64,000 bases of DNA, taken from positions 25,190 through 89,189 of the forward strand of contig CAVOPH010000016.1 of assembly GCA_963697775.1 (NCBI GenBank), given 5' to 3'. The notes under the pieces are model-generated. The model saw only the letters and a program-made list of their open reading frames with translations. It was not told the DNA's origin and searched no databases. The DNA comes from an uncultured Acidobacteriota bacterium. Its GTDB lineage: Bacteria > Acidobacteriota > Vicinamibacteria > Vicinamibacterales > 2-12-FULL-66-21. Positions 1 to 8,195 of the stretch are shown here, one piece after another. A program made the translations under genes and the position numbers. Within the stretch, counting starts at the first letter, position 1. The number at the start of each line of letters is the position of its first letter.

Positions 1-624
1 GTCCTGCAACGATCGAACGACGCGGTCGTCGCCCGCCGCTTGCGCGGTGGCGAGACTCTTTCGCAGCTCTTCGAGCCGCCCGGAAATCTCCTGCCCGTCC
101 ATCGTCTTCAGAAATCGATCGAGCGCGGTTTTCGACAGCAGCAGGCGCAGGAACAGCCAGAGCAGACGATCGAGCCCCGGCGTGCGAATGTCTTCCGCCG
201 CGCCTGCCTGATTGCCAGCGGCGCCTCGCACGCCGGCGGCGATTCCTCGCATCTCGAGGCAGCGCCCATGCAATCGCTCGAACCGCGTACGAGCCTCCGA
301 GGGCAATCCGTTCAGCATCGTGACGAGCGACACCGCGGGCACGGCGGCAGCATCCCCAGGACCGAATCCCCGCTGCGCGTGCAGCTTGGCGTCGATTGCG
401 GCCCGGAATCGAGGCATCGAGATCAGGCCGGTGAGATACGCGAGCTCCCCCGCGCCGACGAGCGGCAGCAGGACCGGCGCGAGCGGTGTCAATGCGGCAG
501 CGGCCGTACCGCCGAGAAAGAACAGGAGATTCCACCGGAACAGGAACGCTTCCTTGAGATAGTCCTTGGTGTCTGCACTTCGTGGCGGCACGTTCGGCGG
601 CGGACTGTCAGGCAGCTTAATCAT
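1..624 (-). CDS. Hypothetical protein with N-terminal hydrophobic segments and a helical/coiled-coil body; runs off the window edge
   Basis: Not in the ORF track. My translation from the ATG at 624, which overlaps the ABC ATPase stop: MIKLPDSPPNVPPRSADTKDYLKEAFLFRWNLLFFLGGTAAAALTPLAPVLLPLVGAGELAYLTGLISMPRFRAAIDAK...GLDRLLWLFLRLLLSKTALDRFL..., open to position 1. Confidence 0.8.
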   Translation of the reverse strand, partial: MIKLPDSPPPNVPPRSADTKDYLKEAFLFRWNLLFFLGGTAAAALTPLAPVLLPLVGAGELAYLTGLISMPRFRAAIDAKLHAQRGFGPGDAAAVPAVSLVTMLNGLPSEARTRFERLHGRCLEMRGIAAGVRGAAGNQAGAAEDIRTPGLDRLLWLFLRLLLSKTALDRFLKTMDGQEISGRLEELRKSLATAQAAGDDRVVRSLQD

Positions 625-1447
625 CGCCAGCCCGGTTGGAGGCGGACAGGTTGTCGATGATGTCGCGGATCTCGAAGACGTACTTCATGAACTCCGGCTC
701 GCGCTGCATCACCTTGGGCGGCCGGTCTGGCGGCGGGACCTCCATCTGCCGAAGAATCGTGCCGGGCGCCGACGAGAAGACATAGACGCGGTCTCCCAGG
801 TACACCGCCTCCTCGATCGAGTGGGTCACAAAGAAGACCGTCGCCTGCGCTTCGCGCCACAGATCGACGAGCAGCGCCTGCATGTGCAGCCGGGTCGTCG
901 GATCGAGGGCCCCGAAGGGTTCGTCCATGAGAATGATGCGCGGCGACAGGATCAGCGTCCGGGCAATTGCGACGCGCTGCCGCATGCCGCCCGAGAGCTC
1001 GCTCGGATACTTGGTCGCGTCGCGCTTGACGTCGAGCCCCACCTTCCCGATCCACTCGCGCGCGCGTTCGCGGCGCTCCGCCGCCGCGACGCCGCGGCAT
1101 TCCAACCCGAACGCCACATTATCTTCGACCGTGCGATTGTCGAACGAGGTGTAGTCCTGGAAGACCATGCTGCGATCGGCGCCCGGGCATTCCACGCGGT
1201 TGCCCGCGACGAGCACGGTTCCCTCGGTCGGCGGATGATGCGGCCGAAGCCCGGCAATCAGACGAAGCACGGTCGATTTCCCGCAGCCTGAGGGGCCGAG
1301 GATCGCGATGAACTCGCCTTTGTGCGGCAGGTCCGGCACCGAGAACGTGATGTCGCGGACGATCGTCACGCTGCCGAATCGCTTCGTGACGTTCTTGAAC
1401 TCGACAACGTTGCCAGGTGCGGCCGGCGCGGCCTCGGGATCGGTCAC
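617..1447 (-). CDS. ABC transporter ATP-binding protein, NitT/TauT (SsuB/TauB-like)
   Basis: Walker A GPSGCGKS, signature LSGGMRQR, Walker B ILMDEPF, H-loop VTHS. Confidence 0.95.
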   Translation of the reverse strand: MTDPEAAPAAPGNVVEFKNVTKRFGSVTIVRDITFSVPDLPHKGEFIAILGPSGCGKSTVLRLIAGLRPHHPPTEGTVLVAGNRVECPGADRSMVFQDYTSFDNRTVEDNVAFGLECRGVAAAERRERAREWIGKVGLDVKRDATKYPSELSGGMRQRVAIARTLILSPRIILMDEPFGALDPTTRLHMQALLVDLWREAQATVFFVTHSIEEAVYLGDRVYVFSSAPGTILRQMEVPPPDRPPKVMQREPEFMKYVFEIRDIIDNLSASNRAGDD

Positions 1448-1449
1448 CG

Positions 1450-2271
1450 TCAGTCCTCAACCGAACGATAAGGAAACAGCCCGCGCTGGAACCAGAAGAG
1501 CACGCGGTCGATGCCATACGCGAGCACGCCGATGATCATCAGGATCAGGATGATGTGCTCGGACATGCCGCGCCGCTGGCTCGCCATCAGGAGATATCCG
1601 AGCCCGTGCTCGGCGTTGATCAGCTCGGCGAGCATGATATAGCCGAAGGCCAGCCCGAACAGGTGTCGCAGGCTGTTGTAGATATCGGGAAGCGCGAGCG
1701 TGACGAGCACCTTCAGCACGACCTGGTGCGTCTTGGCGCCAAGCGTTTGCGCGGTTTCGACGTACCGATCCGGGACGCCGACGACCGCAGCGACCGCGTC
1801 CGAGTACACGAACGGCACGCAGGCGATGAAGATAAACATCACCTTCTGCGTTTCGTCGATGCCAAACCAGAGAATCGTCAGCGGGATGAGCGCGGCAACG
1901 GGCAGATTGCGTCCAAAGAGCGCAATCGGCGCACCGGCTGCTTCAATCACCCGCCACGCGCCAGCGGCAATGCCGAGCGGCACGCCGACGAGAACCGCCA
2001 GGCCGAATCCCACCAGCACGCGTTTCAGCGTCGCGGCAATGCTCTGCAGGAGCGCGCGTTCCCTGAACAGGCTCGGAAAGCTTCGGATCACTTCGCCGGG
2101 ACTCGGCAGAATCACTGGCGAGATCCAGCGATCCTCGGATCCCAGTCCTGACGTCGCGATCCACCACAGCAACACGATGACGCCGACGGCCAGTACGCCG
2201 ACGAGCCGCCGCGTCATTCGTGGCGGCGAGATGCGGAGCGCCAGGAGCTCCGGTTTGGCGTCGCCCGGCAT
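1450..2271 (-). CDS. ABC transporter permease, NitT/TauT (SsuC-like)
   Basis: Multiple TM segments, ILPSP motif, EAA-like loop YVETAQTLGA, AELI...GLGYL. Confidence 0.93.
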   Translation of the reverse strand: MPGDAKPELLALRISPPRMTRRLVGVLAVGVIVLLWWIATSGLGSEDRWISPVILPSPGEVIRSFPSLFRERALLQSIAATLKRVLVGFGLAVLVGVPLGIAAGAWRVIEAAGAPIALFGRNLPVAALIPLTILWFGIDETQKVMFIFIACVPFVYSDAVAAVVGVPDRYVETAQTLGAKTHQVVLKVLVTLALPDIYNSLRHLFGLAFGYIMLAELINAEHGLGYLLMASQRRGMSEHIILILMIIGVLAYGIDRVLFWFQRGLFPYRSVED

Positions 2272-4002
2272 TTACTTCGCGCCCGGCGCGGCTTCCGCCG
2301 GATACACCTTCACCTCGACGCGCCGGTTCTTGGCGCTGTTCTCGGGATCGGACGGATCGGCCGGACGATCCCATCCCAGACCGGCGGTGGAGAACTGATT
2401 CGGTTGCAGCGACGGGAACTTCCGCACAATCGCTTCCTTCACCGAATTGGCGCGATTCAACGACAGCTCCTGGACCAGGCTCTTCGGCACCGACGCTTTC
2501 ATCGACGCATCGGTGTGTCCTTCGATGACGATCCGCGCGGCGCCGTACTGGCCCGCCAGCTTGCCGATTTCCTCGACGACGAATCCGACGTTCGGGTCGT
2601 AGAGCTCTTCGGCGTCCTTGCCGCCGGAGTCGCGCGTGACCTTCTTGTTGAGATCCCACGAGTTCGGGAAGAAATGGATCACGACCGTCTTGGTCAGGAT
2701 CTCGTCCTTCTCGCCTTGCACGGTTCCGGCTGACGCCGGCGCGAAGTGGACGTCGTACTCGTTCTTCTGCGACGCGAATTTCGGCTCGGACGCGAGCTTC
2801 TGGATGATGGAGAAGTCCATCACCTGATCGAACGGCGTCTGCTCGGTGACCGCGTTGATCCGCTTGTAGAGGAAGTACGCGGTGGACCAGGTGCGCTCGA
2901 AACTCGTCGGGTTGTTCTGGTTCAGGAAGAAGTCGCGATTCTCGGCGTAGTTGGTCGAGTGCGCGTCGCCGAGCATCCCGAGCGCGTCTCCCTCAGGAAT
3001 CGAATAGCCCGCTGCCATCAGCTTCGCGACCTTCTGCTTCGACTCCTGCGACTTCAGATCGACCATCGCGTCGAAGATGCCGCGCGTGATCCCCTCCATG
3101 ATGTCGGGATTGTCCTTCGCGAAGTCGGCGCGCGCGAACCAGACGTCCGCGATCAGCTTGTTCGCCGTCGCGGTCGTCACCAGCATGTGATTGCCCTTGA
3201 CCTTCTCGAGGTTGTAGATGTCGGGCGCCCAGCTGACCACACCGGCAAGGCTCTTGTCGGCATTGAACGCGGCGGCCGCCTGGAAGGCGTCCTGCGTGAA
3301 CTTGAACTGGACTTCTGCCGGCTGAACGCCCGCGTTGATGAGCGCGTTCAGGATGAAGAAGTGCGACGGCGAGTTCTGCGCCAGCACGACGGTCTTGCCG
3401 CGCAAATCGGCCATCGTCTTGATCGCGTCGCGGACAACGATGCCGTCGCCGCCGTTCGACCAGTCGACCTGCTGATAGACGCGCGGCATGACGCGCGAGT
3501 CCTTGCGCAGTCCTTCGAGAAAGAGCGGGATCATGTCGAGCGTCGCCCAGCCGATGTGCAGGTTGCCGGCCGCGTACGCATCGCGCATCACGATCGGATC
3601 GTCACTCAGCACGAGTTCGACCTTGAAGTCCTTGCCGCCGGGCGTCTTCCACAGCTTTCCGGGTTTGAAGCCGTTGTTCGCGAGAATGATCGGGCTCCAG
3701 CCGGCCCACACGTTGATGCCGAAACGCACCGTGCGGTCGGCCATCGGCTTGTAGCTGGAGATGCCCTTGACCTCCGGCAGCCGTGTCGCCGCGACGTAGT
3801 TGTATTCCTTGACCGTGGTGATGCCGGCGCTGTCCGGCGCTTCCGCGCCGGTCTGCATCTTCTTCAGCTCGTCGGCCGAGAATTGACCCGTCTGCGACTT
3901 CGGTCCGATCGCGCCGTATCGCCACAGCGCGAGGCCGACGAGACCGAGCACCATCAGCAGGACGGCGACGTAAAAAGCAGGTCGGGGCTTTCCGTTGGCC
4001 AT
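2272..4002 (-). CDS. Membrane-anchored NMT1/SsuA-type solute-binding protein fused to a C-terminal OmpA-like peptidoglycan-binding domain
   Basis: N-terminal TM; SBP motifs (DWSNGGDGIV, DLRGKTV, SPSHFF); C-terminal IEGHTD...LSLNRANSV...NRRVEV. Confidence 0.88.
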   Translation of the reverse strand: MANGKPRPAFYVAVLLMVLGLVGLALWRYGAIGPKSQTGQFSADELKKMQTGAEAPDSAGITTVKEYNYVAATRLPEVKGISSYKPMADRTVRFGINVWAGWSPIILANNGFKPGKLWKTPGGKDFKVELVLSDDPIVMRDAYAAGNLHIGWATLDMIPLFLEGLRKDSRVMPRVYQQVDWSNGGDGIVVRDAIKTMADLRGKTVVLAQNSPSHFFILNALINAGVQPAEVQFKFTQDAFQAAAAFNADKSLAGVVSWAPDIYNLEKVKGNHMLVTTATANKLIADVWFARADFAKDNPDIMEGITRGIFDAMVDLKSQESKQKVAKLMAAGYSIPEGDALGMLGDAHSTNYAENRDFFLNQNNPTSFERTWSTAYFLYKRINAVTEQTPFDQVMDFSIIQKLASEPKFASQKNEYDVHFAPASAGTVQGEKDEILTKTVVIHFFPNSWDLNKKVTRDSGGKDAEELYDPNVGFVVEEIGKLAGQYGAARIVIEGHTDASMKASVPKSLVQELSLNRANSVKEAIVRKFPSLQPNQFSTAGLGWDRPADPSDPENSAKNRRVEVKVYPAEAAPGAK

Positions 4003-4055
4003 GAATCAATGCTCCTGTCAGCAGCCCATTGAAGGCTGCACTACACTTCTCTTAT

Positions 4056-4210
4056 CCGAAGGGTTTCGCCCCTCGGAGTCCCCCTCTCGCGCGCCGCTTC
4101 GCCGGTTCGCTCCGTTTCCGCCTCCGCCAAGGCTACGGCGAGACCGCGCCGAAGCGCCTTCGGCGCGAAGGCGGGCGCGTGGCTCGCTTCGCTGCGCTCG
4201 CTCGCGCTGC
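4056..4210. repeat. Composite palindromic REP-like intergenic element
   Basis: Hairpins CCGAAGGG-tttc-GCCCCTCGG and GCCGAAGCGCCTTCGGCGCGAAGGCGG (4148-4174) plus TCGC-rich tracts, inside an operon spacer. Confidence 0.65.
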
Positions 4211-4225
4211 CGAGTCCGTCTCGGT

Positions 4226-4984
4226 TTAATTCGTCTGTTTCTCGGTGGCTTTTTCGGCCGCGGGTCCGAGGTCCTTGGCCGTCTGGGCCATCGGTGACGT
4301 CTCGGGAGACTTCAACCCCAGTTCGACCTCGAAATCGGTGAGCGCCTGTTCCGCGAGCTGGCCTTGCATCCGCTCCTCTGCCTGGATTTCGGCGATGCCC
4401 TTCGACGAGAGGTCGGCAGCGACGCGGACCTTGCCGCGGTTCTGATCGATCTTCTGCTGGATCACGCTTTCGATCTCGCCGAAGTCCGTCGTCAGGTTCA
4501 TCTCGAACGTTTCAGACAGCTTGGCGATCTCGGCCTCGGCCGAGCTCATCTTCAGCTCGGCGTCGTACTTCTGGATTTTTTCGCGCAGCTCGATCAGCTT
4601 TTCGTTGGCGTGTTGAATCTTCTTCAGGTTGTTGCCGTAGGCGGTCTCGTGCATCTGCAGCTGGCCCTCGTTGGCCGCCATCTCCGTCTTGGCTTTCTGC
4701 AGCTCCAGCGCGAACTTTGACGCGGTCGCGCGATCGCCGGCCTTGAGATAGGCCTTGGTTTCCGCCTCGAGCTTCTGCACGTGTGACCGGTTGGCGGACA
4801 CCTGCCGGTTCACGCGCTCGACCAGGCCGCGATACTGTTCAAGCCCTGAACGGCCTTCCTTGAGCTGTTCGACGGCACGGTCGTATTCGTAGCGCATCTG
4901 GGCCACGGGATCGGCCTCCCAGAAGATGTTCGCCACCTTGTTTATCTGCGCGACGAACGCCGACCAGAACTTGTGGAAAATCAC
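4226..4984 (-). CDS. PspA/IM30 (ESCRT-III-like) family protein
   Basis: Amphipathic N-terminus (FHKFWSAFVAQINKV), EADP motif, KAYLKAGDRATASKFA hairpin, all-helical coiled coil, 252 aa. Confidence 0.82.
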   Translation of the reverse strand: MIFHKFWSAFVAQINKVANIFWEADPVAQMRYEYDRAVEQLKEGRSGLEQYRGLVERVNRQVSANRSHVQKLEAETKAYLKAGDRATASKFALELQKAKTEMAANEGQLQMHETAYGNNLKKIQHANEKLIELREKIQKYDAELKMSSAEAEIAKLSETFEMNLTTDFGEIESVIQQKIDQNRGKVRVAADLSSKGIAEIQAEERMQGQLAEQALTDFEVELGLKSPETSPMAQTAKDLGPAAEKATEKQTN

Positions 4985-5010
4985 GGGGGCTCCTTCTAAA
5001 AATCTACGAG

Positions 5011-5790
5011 TTACTTCCTGGCAGGTTCCCGTTCGCCGCCGACCGCCTCGGCGAGGATCTTGCCCTGGTAAATACCGTCGAGTGCCGTGCGCAGCTCGGC
5101 GCCGGTTCCGGCGCCGATGACGTCTCCGCCGGCGTCCTTGAGGAATGCAAACTTTTCCGGGCTCGTATCGAACGCGACGAAGTAGGTTTGCACGCCTCCT
5201 TCGCTCCGCCGCCAGATGTCTCGCGCGACATCGTCGGGGCTGCGTCCATTCGTGTTGTCGCCATCGGTGACGACCAGGAGGTACTTACGGAACACGCCGG
5301 CGCGATAGAGATCTGGCCGCGCCTCTCGCATCGCATCGCCGATGGCGGTGCCTCCGCCCGGACGCGGCAGGCTCGCCAGCGTCGCTCGAACCGCGGCGCG
5401 ATCGTACGGCTGGATCGGCCGCAGGACGTGGACGCTGCTGGCAAAACTGTAAACGCCAATCTTGATCGGAAAATCGGGTCGCTTGGCCACGAACGCGTCG
5501 GTGGCGTCGAGCATCGCCTCGAGCGCTTCCTGGGCGACGACGTATTTTGGGCGCGAGTCGCCGGGCGCATCCTGCTTCATCGAGCCCGACGTGTCCACGA
5601 GGATCGCGACCGCGGCCCCCAAACCCTCCTCGACTTCGGCTTGATAGGGAGCGTCGGACTCGGGAGCCTCCTTGGCGGACCTGGACCGGTCGCGGTGCGC
5701 GCTCGGCTGGCACGCAAGAACAACAACCGACGGGAGGAGAACGGCAAGAGCCAATTCTCGGATTCGTCGCGCGACAGAGCGGCTGCCCAT
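5011..5790 (-). CDS. von Willebrand factor A domain lipoprotein
   Basis: MIDAS motif DTSGSM, GGTAIG, VVTDG; lipobox-like VVLAC; start taken as the ATG at 5790. Confidence 0.85.
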   Translation of the reverse strand: MGSRSVARRIRELALAVLLPSVVVLACQPSAHRDRSRSAKEAPESDAPYQAEVEEGLGAAVAILVDTSGSMKQDAPGDSRPKYVVAQEALEAMLDATDAFVAKRPDFPIKIGVYSFASSVHVLRPIQPYDRAAVRATLASLPRPGGGTAIGDAMREARPDLYRAGVFRKYLLVVTDGDNTNGRSPDDVARDIWRRSEGGVQTYFVAFDTSPEKFAFLKDAGGDVIGAGTGAELRTALDGIYQGKILAEAVGGEREPARK

Positions 5791-5877
5791 TCCCGGTGAG
5801 GGGGAGTTTATCGTCCGCCGTCCGGCGCGATCAAGCACAGGTAGCGATCCTGGCGAGGCTTCGCCGTTCCGTCTCAT

Positions 5878-6330
5878 TCAGGCCTTCGATGGGCGCAGAT
5901 CAGACGTGCAATGGGGACACCTGGCCGCCTTGGTCGAGATGCGCGAGACGCAGAACGGGCAATCGCGCGCGTCGTCGGTCGGCGGCGTCGGCGCCGGTGT
6001 TTTCAGCCGGTTGATCTGCCGCACCAGGAGAAAAATGACGAACGCGACGATCAAGAACTCCAGCACCGTGTTGAGAAAGACGCCGTAGTTGATCGTTGGA
6101 GCGCCCGCTTTTTGCGCATCGGCCACCGACGCGTACTGTTGCCCGTTGAGCGCGACGAACAGGTTCTTGAAATCAATCCGCCCGATGACCATCCCGATCG
6201 GCGGCATCACGATATCGTTGACAAGCGAGCTGACGATCTTGCCGAAGGCGGCGCCGATGATGACGCCGACCGCGAGGTCCACCACGTTGCCGCGCGCCGC
6301 GAACTCCCGGAACTCTTTCATCATGGACAT
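5878..6330 (-). CDS. mscL: Large-conductance mechanosensitive channel with C-terminal CxxC..CxxC tail
   Basis: [48 protein letters not shown]; tail CPFC...CPHC. Confidence 0.96.
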   Translation of the reverse strand: MSMMKEFREFAARGNVVDLAVGVIIGAAFGKIVSSLVNDIVMPPIGMVIGRIDFKNLFVALNGQQYASVADAQKAGAPTINYGVFLNTVLEFLIVAFVIFLLVRQINRLKTPAPTPPTDDARDCPFCVSRISTKAARCPHCTSDLRPSKA

Positions 6331-6350
6331 CGTGAGAGTCCTTCGATTGT

Positions 6351-6380
6351 AGTTTCCAGTTTCCAGTTTCCAGCTTCCAG
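6351..6380. repeat. Heptamer tandem repeat (TTCCAG[T/C])
   Basis: agtttccagtttccagtttccagcttccag. Confidence 0.7.
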
Positions 6381-6473
6381 ATCAAAGCGGTGAATGGTGT
6401 CTGCCGCTCGGTGAATCGCGAATCGCCGCGGTGTCTGCTTTTCTCACTTGCCAGCAGCCAGCAGCCAAAGACA

Positions 6474-7613
6474 CTACTTCTTATAACTGACCCGATAAAT
6501 CACACCGGCGAAATCATCCGAGACGAGCAGCGCGCCGTCGGGCATCACGAACACGTCGGCCGGGCGTCCCCAGGTCTGTCCTGTGGTCTGTGTGCCCCGT
6601 GTGGAGGCCACGCCCTGCAACCATCCTTCCGCGAACGGCGTGAAGCTCGTCACCGTGTTGCCTTGAAGCTTCGCGACCATGACGCGGTATCCGATTGGCA
6701 CGGACCGATTCCACGAGCCATGCTCCGCGATGAAGATCTGGTTTCGATACTCCGCCGGGAACATCGTGCCGGTGTAGAACCGCATCCCGATCGCGGCCCC
6801 GTGCGGATCGAGTTTGCGCGCCGGCGCCTGGAACTCGCTGCACGCGTGCTTGTCGCCGAACTCGGGATCCTTGACCTCTCCCGCATGACAGTAGGGGAAA
6901 CCAAACGCGAGCCCTCTTTTTGGTGCGTGATTCAGCTCGTCTGGCGGAATGTCGTCGCCAAGGAGATCGCGTCCGTTGTCGGTGAACCACATCTCGTGTG
7001 TCGTGGGGTGCCAGTCGAACCCCACGCTGTTGCGGACGCCGCTCGCGAAAATCTCGCTTCCACTTCCGTCCGGCTTCATCCGGAGGATCGTCGCGAACCG
7101 GGAATCGTCGGGACGCTCGCACACATTGCAGGGACCGCCGACCGGCACGTAGAGCAGGCCATCGGGTCCGAAGCGAATGAACTTCTGGCCGTGATGCGAT
7201 TCGGTCGGCAAATCGCTCTTGACGACCACGGGCGCAGGCGGCTTCTCGAGATTCGCTTCGATATTGTCGTATCGGGTGATCCGGCTGATCTCGGCCACGT
7301 AGAGCGAACCGTCACGGAACGCGACGCCGCTGGGATCCTTGAGGCCTTCAGCGATGGTGTAGACCTGGTCGGCCTTCTGATCCTGATCGCGATCGACGAT
7401 CGCGTACACCTTGTTGAAATCGCGGCTGCCGACAAACAGCGTGCCCTTCGCACCCATGACCATTTCGCGTGCGTGCGGCACGCCGGTGGCGTACAGAGCA
7501 ATGCTGAACCCTGGCGGCAGCTTGATCTGATCGAGCGGCAGCGACGCGGGCGCCTGCGCGGTCCACGCCGTGACGATGGCAGCGGCGGCCGTGGGGAGCA
7601 GCAGCCTGTACAT
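6474..7613 (-). CDS. Secreted PQQ-dependent glucose/sorbosone dehydrogenase family beta-propeller
   Basis: Signal peptide; LPPGFSI, FGPDGLLYV, GVRNSVGFDW, TDNGRD, HGSWNR, GRPADV motifs. Confidence 0.9.
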   Translation of the reverse strand: MYRLLLPTAAAAIVTAWTAQAPASLPLDQIKLPPGFSIALYATGVPHAREMVMGAKGTLFVGSRDFNKVYAIVDRDQDQKADQVYTIAEGLKDPSGVAFRDGSLYVAEISRITRYDNIEANLEKPPAPVVVKSDLPTESHHGQKFIRFGPDGLLYVPVGGPCNVCERPDDSRFATILRMKPDGSGSEIFASGVRNSVGFDWHPTTHEMWFTDNGRDLLGDDIPPDELNHAPKRGLAFGFPYCHAGEVKDPEFGDKHACSEFQAPARKLDPHGAAIGMRFYTGTMFPAEYRNQIFIAEHGSWNRSVPIGYRVMVAKLQGNTVTSFTPFAEGWLQGVASTRGTQTTGQTWGRPADVFVMPDGALLVSDDFAGVIYRVSYKK

Positions 7614-7683
7614 ATAAGGAGGAGCATAGTCGATCGGCAGTTTGGGGAGGATTTCAGCGGCAGATGTTAAATTTTTCGCTTTA

Positions 7684-7699
7684 TGCTATTTTCATAGCA
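7684..7699. promoter_or_regulatory. Candidate BlaI-family operator palindrome TGCTAT-N4-ATAGCA
   Basis: Perfect 6-bp inverted repeat in the AT-rich stretch upstream of the BlaI-like gene. Confidence 0.5.
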
Positions 7700-7815
7700 C
7701 CTTTTGCCGTTCATCACCGTCCAATGCCCTAGAACGCAGGTTTGAACGGACCATGGACGGAGCGATTGCACCAATGACGAGACAACCTCTTCCGCCCGTA
7801 GGCGGAGTCCAGAGA

Positions 7816-8193
7816 ATGAGTTACGACCTTAGCCGGCGCGAACGTCAAATTATTGACATACTCTACGCGAACGGCCGGGCGACCGCGGCGGAGGTCCAGG
7901 CCGCCCTGCCCGACCCGCCGAGCTATTCGGCCGTCCGGGCGATGCTTCGGATTCTCGAGGACAAGGGGCACGTCCGGCACGAGCAGGATGGTCCCCGCTA
8001 CATTTATCTCCCGACGGTGGGACGTGACAACGCCAAGCGATCGGCGCTGCGCCACATGCTGAAAACCTTTTTCGACGGTTCCGCCGAACAGGCGATCTCG
8101 GCGCTCCTCGACGAGTCGTCGCAGAAACTGTCGGACGCGGAACTCGATCGTCTGGCGCGTCTGATCGATCAGGCACGGAACGCCGGAGCCTAG
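7816..8193 (+). CDS. BlaI/MecI/CopY family transcriptional repressor
   Basis: LSRRERQIIDILY, YSAVRAMLRILEDKGHV, FFDGS; directly upstream of an M56 gene. Confidence 0.93.
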   Translation: MSYDLSRRERQIIDILYANGRATAAEVQAALPDPPSYSAVRAMLRILEDKGHVRHEQDGPRYIYLPTVGRDNAKRSALRHMLKTFFDGSAEQAISALLDESSQKLSDAELDRLARLIDQARNAGA

Positions 8194-8195
8194 CC

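Noticed and set aside
2746..4032. Long antisense or alternative-frame ORFs (e.g. 2746-4032, 6390-7670, 37522-38766, 41489-42775, 52757-53923)
   Set aside because: Shadows of high-GC genes on the opposite strand, with R/V/D-rich composition and no motifs
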